Source of the DNA: Polyangiaceae bacterium
Lineage (GTDB): Bacteria; Myxococcota_A; Polyangia; Polyangiales; Polyangiaceae
DNA: 64,000 nucleotides
Assembly (NCBI GenBank): GCA_033763455.1
Contig: JANRKO010000070.1
Coordinates: 14,855-78,854, forward strand
Direction of reading: 5' to 3'
Every line of letters starts with the position of its first letter. Positions within the stretch are counted from its first letter, which is position 1. The position numbers and the translations under genes are program-made. The notes under the pieces are model-generated. The model saw only the letters and a list, made by a program, of their open reading frames with translations, was not told the DNA's origin and searched no databases. Shown one piece after another: positions 28,020 to 37,983 of this stretch.

Positions 28020-29159
28020 CTAGGCTTGGGCTACCAGCTGCTGCTGCTGCTGTTGAAGGAACTGGGCCACAAGCCGCGAGCGCTCCATCGCAAACTGCTT
28101 CACTTCGCGGCTAGGCGAACCCATCAACGCGTTCAGAAGCCTGGTGACTTTCTCAATCTGCCGCGTCTGAAACAGCGCTTCAAAGTAGTTGTTAGCGAGC
28201 CGCACGTCGCGGGACATTTTACCTTCATGCTTTTGCAGCAACTCCACAACTTTATCGAGCTGGCCCTTCTGGCCGTAGAGAGCAGAGAGAGAAATCAACG
28301 CCAACGCGTCGTCGGGACCCCGTTCGACCGCCTTTTCTGCAAAACCAACGGCCCTGTCGCGCGTTTCTTCCTGGGCCGAGAACAAACCCTGAAGTGCAAT
28401 GTAGGCGGCTGCGCTTTTCTTGTTCGGCTCGGCCATAGCGAGCTGCTCCACTGCAGCCACTGCCTTTTCTTCTCCGCCCAGCTCCTTCTCAAAATTAAAG
28501 AGGTAAGCCCACGCATCCACCGAATACGCGTCCACCTGGATCGCATGCTCGATGCATTCACGTTCGCGCTGAGATTCTCCACGGCCTTTGTACACCTTGG
28601 CCAAATGGAGCGACGGATAAGCGTTTTCCGGCAAGAGATTCTGAGCGCCTCGCAACGTGCCTTCCGCTTTTTCCCAATTCTGTTGATTGAGCTGAGCAAT
28701 GCCAAGCGCCAACCAATCTTCACCTCCCCCGCCGCTTGCAACCAACTTAGCGAGCACCTTTTCCGCGGCTGGGAAACGGGAATACTTCATCAGCTCTTGG
28801 GCATAGATCCGCGCACGGTCGAGATCGTCAGGGTTTTCTTGCCAGTGCTTTTCAAGACCACCGAGTAAATCTTCAAGCCCGATCGCAATCGGTCTGCCTT
28901 GCGCATCTTGAACTTGCACAGCGGGACCATTGAACCCGAGGAGCTTCCAAAATTGCTCCATTTGAAGGGCCACCGGACCCGACTGCATGGCCACAGAAAG
29001 CTCTGCTGTCGGTTGGCTCAACGGGAGAACGATCAGCGCATTGCCCGGAACGCCACTTGGAAACGCGCTCACTGGGGCCACAATCGCGGCGCCGCCTTGA
29101 AGCTGAAGGTTGGCTTGCACTTGGGACTCGGCCGAGGCGGGTGAATTGGGCTGACTCAT
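28020..29159 (-). CDS. TPR-repeat protein
   Basis: WLALGIAQL..AE..L..A..L.P, LHLAKVY, DAWAYL helical repeats; poly-Q tail; ATG 29159 with AAGGA SD. Confidence 0.75.
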   Translation of the reverse strand: MSQPNSPASAESQVQANLQLQGGAAIVAPVSAFPSGVPGNALIVLPLSQPTAELSVAMQSGPVALQMEQFWKLLGFNGPAVQVQDAQGRPIAIGLEDLLGGLEKHWQENPDDLDRARIYAQELMKYSRFPAAEKVLAKLVASGGGGEDWLALGIAQLNQQNWEKAEGTLRGAQNLLPENAYPSLHLAKVYKGRGESQRERECIEHAIQVDAYSVDAWAYLFNFEKELGGEEKAVAAVEQLAMAEPNKKSAAAYIALQGLFSAQEETRDRAVGFAEKAVERGPDDALALISLSALYGQKGQLDKVVELLQKHEGKMSRDVRLANNYFEALFQTRQIEKVTRLLNALMGSPSREVKQFAMERSRLVAQFLQQQQQQLVAQA

Positions 29160-29264
29160 ATTTCCTTGCGAATCTTCTTTGGGGGAGGCGGCGAAGTTAG
29201 CAGCGGCCCTGAAGCGCGGCAACACGGAGGGCCTCCGGCATTGGTTTTGCGGGCAAGAGCGAGT

Positions 29265-29888
29265 ATGGTGAAAACCATGCGGCACGGTCTGATTCGCCTG
29301 ATCACTCTAGCTTCCCTAAGTTCAGTCGGTTTCTTGGCGCTTCCCTGCAGCGCCGAACCGATGACCATCAAGCAGCCGGGCAACCACCCCAATTATGGGT
29401 TTGAGCTTGAGCCGCACTTGCTCCTCGGCACCGGCCGCCTAGGGCCTGGCTACGGCGGCGGCTTTGGACTTGGCGCTCGCGGAAGCATTCCAATTGTTGA
29501 CAACGGGTTCATCGAAACCATTAACAACTCGGTCGCGATTAGCTTCGGGGTCGATTGGATCCACTACAACGGATACGACTACCGATACGGCTGCAAGTAC
29601 AACGGCAAGGACCTCTGCGTGTACCGCCCGTACTACGACTACAGCACCAACTACGTATCGATCCCTGTCACCCTCCAATGGAATTTCTTTCTGAGCAAAC
29701 ATTGGTCCGTGATGGGCGAATTGGGGCCCGATCTTGCTTTTTATTCGGATCCGGTGTTCAACGAGCTCAATCTCGACGTAGATCTTGCCATCTTCGCCGG
29801 GGGGCGCTGGCATTTCGCTGAATCCACAGCACTCACGCTGCGCGTGGGCTATCCGAGCTCAAGCATCGGCTTTTCGTTCCTGCTCTAA
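29265..29888 (+). CDS. Secreted small outer-membrane beta-barrel-like protein
   Basis: Signal peptide; alternating strands (IPVTLQWNF, GGRWHF, LTLRVGYP, GFSFLL). Confidence 0.65.
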   Translation: MVKTMRHGLIRLITLASLSSVGFLALPCSAEPMTIKQPGNHPNYGFELEPHLLLGTGRLGPGYGGGFGLGARGSIPIVDNGFIETINNSVAISFGVDWIHYNGYDYRYGCKYNGKDLCVYRPYYDYSTNYVSIPVTLQWNFFLSKHWSVMGELGPDLAFYSDPVFNELNLDVDLAIFAGGRWHFAESTALTLRVGYPSSSIGFSFLL

Positions 29889-29990
29889 GGCCAGCATCCT
29901 GGGGGCCAGGCCAACTCTATCCCGCAAAGCGGCCCCAAAAGCATACCCCATGGCCGGGCCTGAGAACTGACGCTATACCAAGCTCTCTCT

Positions 29991-31052
29991 ATGAGTTGGT
30001 CTTCCATCCTCGCTGGTATCGTGGGGCTCGGTTTGTTGATGGTGGTGCACGAGGGAGGGCACCTCTTGATGGCACGTGCGTTCGGTATGCGCGTTACGCG
30101 TTTCAGCATTGGGTTTGGCCCCACGCTGTGGCGGCACCAGCCCAAAGACAGCGACACCGTCTATCAAATCGCCCTGATCCCATTCCTCGCCTACGTGCAA
30201 ATCGCGGGGATGAATCCATTTGAAGAGGTAGATCCCGAAGACAAGGGCAATTACGCGAATGCCTCCCTTATCGGCAGAATAGCCGCCATCTTCGCAGGGC
30301 CGCTCGCCAACTACCTCTTTGCGTCGGTGTTTTTCTTCTTCGCACTCGTGCTCGGTGGCAAAGAGGTGCTCACCACCAAGATCAACGCGATTACCCCGCA
30401 AAGTGCAGCGGCCAAAGCTCAACTCAAGCTGGGTGATGAGGTAGTGGGTATTGACGGCCATAAGATCACCGACTGGGATCGCATGAAGAGCTTGATCGTC
30501 AAGAGCCCGAACAAGCCCCTTGCCGTGGAAGTCATCCGAAAGTCAGAGCGCGTGCGTTTGACCGTTACGCCAGACAAGAACGCGCGCGGAGAAGGGATTA
30601 TTGGAATTAGCCCGCTCTTTCTGAATCGCCCTGTGGGCCTTCAGGAGGCCGCTGTAGATTCCGTGGTTTATCCCGCGCAAGTAGTACGGATGGTGGTTCT
30701 CAGCCTCGGCAGGCTGGTGAGCGATATCGTTGCCGGGCGCGGAAAGCCTGAGATGAGCGGGCCCATCGGGATCGTGAGTGAATTTTCCAAGGCTGCAGAA
30801 GAAGGCGTGCCACACTTTCTCCGTCTGCTCGGCATGTTGAGCGCTTACATTGGCGCTTTCAACCTGATCCCATTTCCAGCGCTTGATGGTGGCCGGCTCA
30901 TGTTCCTCGGATACGAAGCGGTAACACGGCGCCGACCGGAGCCGCGCCTCGAGGCCCAAGTACACCTGGTGGGTTTGGTGGTGCTGCTCGCGCTAATCTT
31001 GATTGTAACCATAGGGGACGTGCGAGCTTTGGTGAGCCCACGAGGGCAATAG
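29991..31052 (+). CDS. rseP: RIP metalloprotease RseP (M50) with PDZ domain
   Basis: HEGGH, RFSIGFGP, AGPLANY, FNLIPFPALDGG. Confidence 0.92.
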   Translation: MSWSSILAGIVGLGLLMVVHEGGHLLMARAFGMRVTRFSIGFGPTLWRHQPKDSDTVYQIALIPFLAYVQIAGMNPFEEVDPEDKGNYANASLIGRIAAIFAGPLANYLFASVFFFFALVLGGKEVLTTKINAITPQSAAAKAQLKLGDEVVGIDGHKITDWDRMKSLIVKSPNKPLAVEVIRKSERVRLTVTPDKNARGEGIIGISPLFLNRPVGLQEAAVDSVVYPAQVVRMVVLSLGRLVSDIVAGRGKPEMSGPIGIVSEFSKAAEEGVPHFLRLLGMLSAYIGAFNLIPFPALDGGRLMFLGYEAVTRRRPEPRLEAQVHLVGLVVLLALILIVTIGDVRALVSPRGQ

Positions 31053-31121
31053 GCACAACGCAGCAACCTCGGCCACACTCGACCCTTGTGGTCCCTTCAC
31101 GCATTCTTGTACCCTGGGAGA

Positions 31122-31802
31122 GTGCGTCGCTCATTGCTCGGGTTAGTACTTTTAGCTACCGCTGAGGTCGGGTGCTCCACTCCACAGGTACGGTTGGATG
31201 AGGCGCCGCGAGAGTACGTTGCCGATGACTACACACTGGTGTTGCGGCGGTGGACGCGCAGCCGTGATCTTATCAACATCACCGAGCTCGATAATCTCCT
31301 CACAGCTACGGCTACCTACGAGTCTTGGGATTTTCGCTGGGCATATGCCGTTCGCTACGCGGAAGATTACCGGCTCACTATTGACCAACGCACTTCGCTG
31401 CTTGAACGCTCACTCGCTGAGACCAGGAATGCGCACCAATTTTACGTTGCGCTCTACGCGGAACGTTTCAAGTGGAATGATCTTACGCACCCCGAGCCCG
31501 CTTGGGTGGTGCGCTTGATCGATGATGAAGGCACCGAGACCACCCCAACGGAGATCGTTCCGGTAAAACGCCCCGGAGCGATCGAGCTCACCTATTTTCC
31601 GTACACCACGCCGTGGCGAAGTGCCTTCCGTATTTCGTTTCCGATCGTGCGGGCAGATGGGCGCCCGACCATATCACCTGCGGCGCGCTGGTTTGGTTTG
31701 CGCTTTGCGGGTGCGCAGGGCAATTCTGATCTTATTTGGGAAATCGAAGACGCGAGCCGGCCGCTCCTGAGCCGCGGCCCCATAGTGCGCCCAGTGCTCT
31801 AG
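31122..31802 (+). CDS. Hypothetical lipoprotein
   Basis: GTG 31122 after GGGAG; MRRSLLGLVLLATAEVGC lipobox. Confidence 0.6.
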   Translation: MRRSLLGLVLLATAEVGCSTPQVRLDEAPREYVADDYTLVLRRWTRSRDLINITELDNLLTATATYESWDFRWAYAVRYAEDYRLTIDQRTSLLERSLAETRNAHQFYVALYAERFKWNDLTHPEPAWVVRLIDDEGTETTPTEIVPVKRPGAIELTYFPYTTPWRSAFRISFPIVRADGRPTISPAARWFGLRFAGAQGNSDLIWEIEDASRPLLSRGPIVRPVL

Positions 31803-33361
31803 ATGCCTGCTAGGATTTCGAGCAGCGGAGGCACGCTCAACAAGAGCTCATGAGCCGTTCGCCTGTCGGTTCGTAGCAGCAAAATACCCTCAGATCCTGC
31901 TTGAGCCGTCGCAGGCGCCGGGCCCGCGCGCATGATTTGGGGGGCAAAAACGAAGTCCCCGGGATGCGCCTCACTCTGCACAGCGCCATCTTCACCCACC
32001 AGCACGAGCGACCCTGCGCCGACGATGTAGAGCGCTTCCACGGGTTGCCCTTGGGCCAACACCACTTCATTGGGTCCGTAGTGCTGCACCTCACATCTAC
32101 TGGTTATCATCCCACGCAAAGCGTCGTCGAGGCGTTCGCCCATCACACCCATGCCAGCACCTGCTAACGCCTGGTAGTGATCGGCAACTTGCCGCAGATC
32201 TTCCTCCACCCACGGACATTCCGCCATCTCGCGGCGCAGATCGTCGCGACCGAAGATAGCTACCTTGGTGCCAGCTTCAGCTCCCACGACGCGAATCGGG
32301 ATGCCCGGGGTTAGGCTACCTGTGCCAAACACTACATCCGCAGTGGACGCACTGGCACATGCTGCATCCGCCAAGGTTGGCATAATGTACACGGTGCCCT
32401 GGAGGATGAGGGCCGCGCCAAAATCATCGACCTCCTCGTCGGGGCCAAGCTCTACGATGCGAGCACGCGCTACCAAACGACGCTGGGCATCATCCGGCAA
32501 GTCCTGTAGGCCGCGAACCTCCACCAGCAGGATCCCCTCGATAGCGGCCTCGCCAGCCTCAACGTCAGGCTCCGCAGGGCTCAGGGCTACGGGTGCAGTA
32601 GCATCAGGCGACGTAGCCTCCGGTGAAGTGGCATCCGGCGAGGTAGCCTCCGGTGAAGTGTCCAGCGCCTCTTCCGTGTACTCGGGCGCCAATTCACTGC
32701 TGAAACTCGCAAGTGGAATTCCAAAGGACTCATTCACAGGCTGGCTGACCTCACGCGGGCTCGGCAAGCGCAGGCTATCGGGCTCGGCATCAGTCGCAAA
32801 ACTTGGCACCGAAGGGTAGGCGTAGCTCTCGCCGCCGGGCTCGGCGTCTTGCGCTTCTGTCGGTTCAACCTCTCCAACATCCTCTGGGCTGGACTCAACT
32901 TCTTCGGCCTCTTCAACCTCTTCGGCCTCTTCAACTTCTTCAGCCTGCGCCGCCGCGGACCCAACCTGCTCCGCCTCCCCCGATCCATAGCTCACGGACT
33001 GCGCAGCTTCGCTGGCCCCGGAGGGCGCCTCTCCGCCCTCTTCTTCCAGCTCGACGTCGTCATCTAAGGAATCTAAAGCGTCGGTGTCCGGCACCGATGA
33101 GCGGCGCGCGGGCAAGGCCTCGGCGGACTTGTCCCACATGTGCTGGGTGAGTGAGGCCGCGAAGACTCTTAGCTGTTGGGCCCGCTCGGTAGCACCGACC
33201 TCCTCGGCGTTGTCGACGGCTCGTTCCAACCAACTGAGCGCATCCCCGTACGCGCGACGTGACCACTGGACCTGCGCAGTCTGTAAAGCCCAAGCAACGT
33301 CGTCGTCATCATCCTCGAGGACGGGCGGTATGGCACTTGCGGGTCCCACTGCGTGTGTCAA
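31799..33361 (-). CDS. Protein with acidic linker and two cNMP-binding-like domains
   Basis: YGPNEVVLAQGQPVEALYIVGAGSL..PGDFV; upstream degenerate copy; EEVEEA and ATSPD/E repeats. Confidence 0.7.
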   Translation of the reverse strand: MTHAVGPASAIPPVLEDDDDDVAWALQTAQVQWSRRAYGDALSWLERAVDNAEEVGATERAQQLRVFAASLTQHMWDKSAEALPARRSSVPDTDALDSLDDDVELEEEGGEAPSGASEAAQSVSYGSGEAEQVGSAAAQAEEVEEAEEVEEAEEVESSPEDVGEVEPTEAQDAEPGGESYAYPSVPSFATDAEPDSLRLPSPREVSQPVNESFGIPLASFSSELAPEYTEEALDTSPEATSPDATSPEATSPDATAPVALSPAEPDVEAGEAAIEGILLVEVRGLQDLPDDAQRRLVARARIVELGPDEEVDDFGAALILQGTVYIMPTLADAACASASTADVVFGTGSLTPGIPIRVVGAEAGTKVAIFGRDDLRREMAECPWVEEDLRQVADHYQALAGAGMGVMGERLDDALRGMITSRCEVQHYGPNEVVLAQGQPVEALYIVGAGSLVLVGEDGAVQSEAHPGDFVFAPQIMRAGPAPATAQAGSEGILLLRTDRRTAHELLLSVPPLLEILAGI

Positions 33362-33428
33362 CGGCCACTACTTTTGCACTAGTTGCGAAGGATTGTCACC
33401 CCGACCGCGTGAGTCAGCGAGAAGCGGC

Positions 33429-36110
33429 CTAGATCCCGGGGGGAATCAAAACTTCGCGATCCTTGGCACCATTCGGCGGACCGACCATCCCCCGCTTTTC
33501 CATTTGTTCAACGATCTTTGCGGCCCGGTTGTAGCCGATGGTCATTTTGCGTTGCAGCCACGAGGTTGAGCAGCGCTGCGTTTCGCCGACGATGCGCACG
33601 GCTTCATCAAACCTTGCGTCGAGCTGAGCGTCGTCATTTCCGCCGTCTTCGGACTCTCCGTCGTCAACCAAAATGGCCTCGTGATACTGAGGGGTGCCTT
33701 GGGTTCGGAGGTAATCGGTAAGGGCGCTCACCTCTTCTTCACTCACAAACGGACACTGCACGCGGCGTGTTTCCGAGGAGCCGTTTAGCTTCACCAACAT
33801 ATCACCGCGGCCCAGCAACACCTCCGCGCCCTGCTCATCCAAGATGGTGCGACTATCCACTTTCTGGGCAACTCGAAAAGCGATACGGGAAGGGAAGTTG
33901 GCTTTTATCATCCCAGTAATGACGTCCACACTCGGCCTTTGGGTAGCGAGCACTACGTGCATGCCCGCAGCACGCGCCTTTTGTGCCAGCCGAGCCACGC
34001 AAACCTCTACGTCTTTGCCCTGCTGCATCATGAGGTCGGCGAATTCATCCACCACGATCACGATGTAGGGAAGCTTACCGGGCAAAAGTACCCCATCAGT
34101 ACCATCTTTGGCGCACGGAACATTCACTACTACTCCCTCCGCGGAAAGCGCGGAGACTTCGGTGGATTTCGGTGCAGGGATTTCACCCGCATGCACGCGT
34201 TCGACCCAACGATTGTAGGTAGTGATGTTTTTCGTGCCAGCTCCAGCAAAAGCCTGATAACGCCGCTCCATCTCGTTCACGGCCCACTTCAGCGCCGTGG
34301 CCGCCTGCTTCATATCCGTGACCACCGGCAACAGCATGTGCGGAATGCCATCAAATGGCGCCAATTCCACGACCTTCGGATCGATCATTAGAAACCGCAG
34401 ATCTTCAGGCGTTCGGTAGAAGAGCAGGCTCGCGAGCATCACGTTCAACCCAACGCTTTTGCCCGCTCCGGTTGCACCTGCAACGATCACGTGGGGCATC
34501 GACGCAAGGTCGCCGTAAAATGGCGCACCCACAATGTCTCGGCCGAGCACAACCGGTAGCGGAGCCTTTTGCGCCAGGGCTTCAAAGCGCTTGTCTTCCA
34601 CGAGCTCTCGCAGGCTCACCGGGACACGTTCATCGTTGGGCAGCTCAAAGCCGATGCGATTTTTCCCGGGAATGGGCGCAATAATGCGCACTTTGCGCGA
34701 GAGCCCCAGCGCCAAATCATCCGAGAGCGCCGACACCTTGCTTACCTTGGTGCCCGCCTCTGGCGATACTTCGTAGGTAGTCACAGTGGGGCCAGGATGG
34801 ATCTCTTCAACCTTCGCACTCACGCCGTAATCCGCGAGGGTCTTCTCAAGCTTCTGCGCAAGCTCAAGCACACGCCCGCGATCAATTTCGGTAACGATGT
34901 CAGAAGGGGGCGCCAAAAGGTCGGATGAAGGCAAAACGAAGCCTGCCCTTTTCGTCGTTTTCGGCTCAGCTTTCGCTGGTAGCCGCTTCACCTCACGTTC
35001 GGGTGAAGTGTCCACGATCGTGGGCCCACTCTTTTGCTCTTGCCGCCGCCGAGGCGTCAGCGGAGCAGCTTTCGCGACGTTATTAGACGGCTCATCTTCC
35101 AAGTCGTCTTCCGCGTTTACCTCGTCTTCGCCGTCAGTTGAGGCTTCCTCGGGGTCTTCTGGCTCGAGCAATGGCGGCTTCTTAGCGAGCGGACCAATCA
35201 CTCTGGATGCCGCCGGCGCGGCAGGCACGGGCGAAGTGCTAACGGTGGGCTCCGAGAGGAACGCTTCGTAGGGAGCGGCAAGGCCGCGGCGCAGCGCCTC
35301 AGAGAGAGCAAGCGGGGGCGCACCCGTTTGTTCAGTCGGAATCCAAGTGGAGTCATCATCCACTAAGTGGACGAGCGTGGCGGTATCCGAAGGCGCAGTG
35401 GGAACCCGTGGCAGATCTTGCCGTTCTAAGTTGGCGCGGGCTTCTTTGCGCGCTGCGCTGGCTTGCCCCCAGGCGGTAAACAACCGCTCGAACACTGCGC
35501 GGACCTTGAAGTAAAGCGCGTGCGCCAACTCGAGGCTGCGTTGGCAGAAAGCAATAAAGGAGAAGCTGCTACGGCCTATTAGGATCAACGCAATTGCGGT
35601 TGCTCCCACCAGAAACGAACCTGGCGCCGAGAACATGCCGCGCATCAGCTCTCCAAACAGCATGCCCACGTTGCCACCCGCGAGAGCCGCACCAAACACA
35701 CGCCCCTCGGGGAACGCCACGTAGACCAGGGCGGCCGCAACAATCGCCACCACCCAATCGCCCGTGAGGCGTAGGCCGAGTGCGCGGGGCGCCTGACCGC
35801 GCAGCAAAGGGATGCCAATCAACACCAGTTCTACAGGGCCCAGGCAGGCTACCAGGCCGAACCCCTGTAGAAGAAAACGGGCCACTGCCGCCCCAACCGG
35901 TCCCATCCAGTCCGAACCGGACACGTTCGGGTCGTGCGGATCCAGCTGTGCGCTGGCGAGCGCTAGTGCCAAAAATACGGACGCCGCAAACAGCAGGAGG
36001 GCCGCGGCTTCCCGGCCACGCTTGAAAATAGCCGGGTCGTCGGGCCGCTCGGTCGCGACAGGAGATCGGCCGGTGGAGGTTTCGCGGAGGCTGAAGAGGC
36101 GGGCCGACAT
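33429..36110 (-). CDS. ftsK: DNA translocase FtsK
   Basis: N-terminal TMs, MPHVIVAGATGAGKSV, DEFADLM, ATQRPSVDVITG, gamma domain LQRKMTIGYNRAA; start uncertain. Confidence 0.96.
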   Translation of the reverse strand: MSARLFSLRETSTGRSPVATERPDDPAIFKRGREAAALLLFAASVFLALALASAQLDPHDPNVSGSDWMGPVGAAVARFLLQGFGLVACLGPVELVLIGIPLLRGQAPRALGLRLTGDWVVAIVAAALVYVAFPEGRVFGAALAGGNVGMLFGELMRGMFSAPGSFLVGATAIALILIGRSSFSFIAFCQRSLELAHALYFKVRAVFERLFTAWGQASAARKEARANLERQDLPRVPTAPSDTATLVHLVDDDSTWIPTEQTGAPPLALSEALRRGLAAPYEAFLSEPTVSTSPVPAAPAASRVIGPLAKKPPLLEPEDPEEASTDGEDEVNAEDDLEDEPSNNVAKAAPLTPRRRQEQKSGPTIVDTSPEREVKRLPAKAEPKTTKRAGFVLPSSDLLAPPSDIVTEIDRGRVLELAQKLEKTLADYGVSAKVEEIHPGPTVTTYEVSPEAGTKVSKVSALSDDLALGLSRKVRIIAPIPGKNRIGFELPNDERVPVSLRELVEDKRFEALAQKAPLPVVLGRDIVGAPFYGDLASMPHVIVAGATGAGKSVGLNVMLASLLFYRTPEDLRFLMIDPKVVELAPFDGIPHMLLPVVTDMKQAATALKWAVNEMERRYQAFAGAGTKNITTYNRWVERVHAGEIPAPKSTEVSALSAEGVVVNVPCAKDGTDGVLLPGKLPYIVIVVDEFADLMMQQGKDVEVCVARLAQKARAAGMHVVLATQRPSVDVITGMIKANFPSRIAFRVAQKVDSRTILDEQGAEVLLGRGDMLVKLNGSSETRRVQCPFVSEEEVSALTDYLRTQGTPQYHEAILVDDGESEDGGNDDAQLDARFDEAVRIVGETQRCSTSWLQRKMTIGYNRAAKIVEQMEKRGMVGPPNGAKDREVLIPPGI

Positions 36111-36329
36111 AAGACTACGTACACCTACAGTAACACACTCGATTGAGCCAAAGAATATGAGTTGAGCAGTCTTGCCCAACGCACCTCCCCCCGGCCAAAT
36201 GATCGGACAGCGCAGAGCTTATCGAAGGCGAGATCACGGAGATTCAACCTGTATTCTCGCCAACCTTCAGCTCTAAACTGAACCCTGGGCATGAAGTCAG
36301 TTTTGTTAAATCTCTCTCGGAGTACACCC

Positions 36330-37937
36330 ATGGTTCGTAGGCTCCCGCGAGTCTGTTCAGCACTCGTTCTCGTTTCCTCGTTAATGGGCGCCTCAGCCCT
36401 GGTCGGTTGCGCCGTCTCCAAAGACGACGTCCACAGATGGGCGAATCGCTCACAAGGCGCTCGGCGGCTCGTAGCCGTGGTGAGCCACGACAAGTATCCG
36501 ATGGATATTCGCGTCGAGGCCGTAAGGACCCTCATCGAAATGAAGCCGCGCAAGGGCCGACGTATCGGGCTTGAGGGCGGCGAAGATAACGCGAGCTTGG
36601 TCACAACGATCGCGCAGTTGCCGCCCGCCGAGCGTGAGAAGTTGTTGGGGGAAGTGGTGCCCATCTTAGTGGCAGAAATGTCCAAGCCACCCGCGCCAGC
36701 TGTAAACGGGGTGCGTCCGATCGACACCTCCTATCCTTTTAAAGACGCAGCTTTTGCTCTTCTCATCCATGAAGACAAGAGCCTCCTGAACGACGCCACG
36801 AGAGCACAGCTTCGCGCCAAGCTTGCTGAGTGGTGCATGGTCAATTTTGCTGAGAAAATGGACGATAGCTCTCAGCTCTTCGGGGTTGAGCAGGTAATGA
36901 AAGAGCTGAAGAACGAAGGGGCACGCCTCCTTCCCACGCTCATTGTACCAGGCGCCCAGAAGATCGATCGGATAGCCCAGCTAATTGCCGATCTAGGCAA
37001 TACGGAGACCAAAGGCAAAGCGAGCGAAGCCTTAGTGCTGGTTGCTAAAACGGTAGATTCTCCCGCCTGGATGGAGCAAAAGCGTGGCTGGCTCGCCGAG
37101 CAAAACAAGATCTCCAAGCTCACCCCCACGCCCGGGCAGTTTCAAAAGCAGCTAGAAGCCTTTCAGGAAGAAGAGCTCTTGCGCGTCTTTTCTTCGATGA
37201 AGAAGGTGGGTGGTAAGTCCGTAGTGGAGTACCTCTTGGCCTTCGCGCAGAAGCCCGGAACAGAGCCGAAGCGTCGTGCAGCATCACTGGCAGCTCTTGA
37301 AGGCAACTTGGATCGCAACAGCACCGCGCATGCGGATGCGCTACTCAGCATAGCCGGCACCGACGACACACCCGACATGGTGCGACAGGTTGCGTTAGCT
37401 CGCGTGGGCGAGATGCCTCGCAAGCTAGTCGTGGAAAAATTGTTCACCTTGTTTGACAACAAGCGCTGGCAAGTGCGCTGGGTAGCCGCCGAGCTGGTGT
37501 TAAAGATGAGCGACACAAGTCAGCTCGCAGAGTTCATGGCGCGTATTGCCCGCGCGACCAATATGGCGCTCTCTGAACCCCTCCAGTACGGAAGTCTCAT
37601 CGGAGGCATGAAGGGGCCGAAGCCAGTCGCCGAGCTCGTCAAGCAATACGCCGCGGCTGGGAACCCCGTTCAAGTTCGCCTTTCGGCGCTTGGGTATTTC
37701 TACAGCCACGGAGTGGCCTCGGAGGTTCCTGAAATTGGGGCCTACACTACCGACACCACCCCCGTTCCTCAGTGCGCGAAGGACGCCGAGGACTGTGAGT
37801 GGAAGTGTACCGTGGGTCAGGAAGCCAAAGAGGTCAAAACACTTGGGGAATACGTGGATTTCTGTGTAAAACCCGCCATGGCAACCCGCACCCGAGCGGA
37901 GGGCTCGCCAGCGGCCCGCGGGTCCACGAAGGGCTGA
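36330..37937 (+). CDS. HEAT-repeat lipoprotein
   Basis: Lipobox LVGC; RVEAVRTL, VRQVALARV, WQVRWVAA, VRLSAL repeats. Confidence 0.65.
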   Translation: MVRRLPRVCSALVLVSSLMGASALVGCAVSKDDVHRWANRSQGARRLVAVVSHDKYPMDIRVEAVRTLIEMKPRKGRRIGLEGGEDNASLVTTIAQLPPAEREKLLGEVVPILVAEMSKPPAPAVNGVRPIDTSYPFKDAAFALLIHEDKSLLNDATRAQLRAKLAEWCMVNFAEKMDDSSQLFGVEQVMKELKNEGARLLPTLIVPGAQKIDRIAQLIADLGNTETKGKASEALVLVAKTVDSPAWMEQKRGWLAEQNKISKLTPTPGQFQKQLEAFQEEELLRVFSSMKKVGGKSVVEYLLAFAQKPGTEPKRRAASLAALEGNLDRNSTAHADALLSIAGTDDTPDMVRQVALARVGEMPRKLVVEKLFTLFDNKRWQVRWVAAELVLKMSDTSQLAEFMARIARATNMALSEPLQYGSLIGGMKGPKPVAELVKQYAAAGNPVQVRLSALGYFYSHGVASEVPEIGAYTTDTTPVPQCAKDAEDCEWKCTVGQEAKEVKTLGEYVDFCVKPAMATRTRAEGSPAARGSTKG

Positions 37938-37983
37938 TTCCAATACGTTGAGGTCCCCACAAGAGGGACCGAGAGGTCCGTTG

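Noticed and set aside
27804..28868. Long alternative ORFs (also 3242-4141, 12882-13694, 38025-39020, 26107-26790)
   Set aside because: Antisense or off-frame shadows of well-supported genes, expected in GC-rich DNA; no motifs
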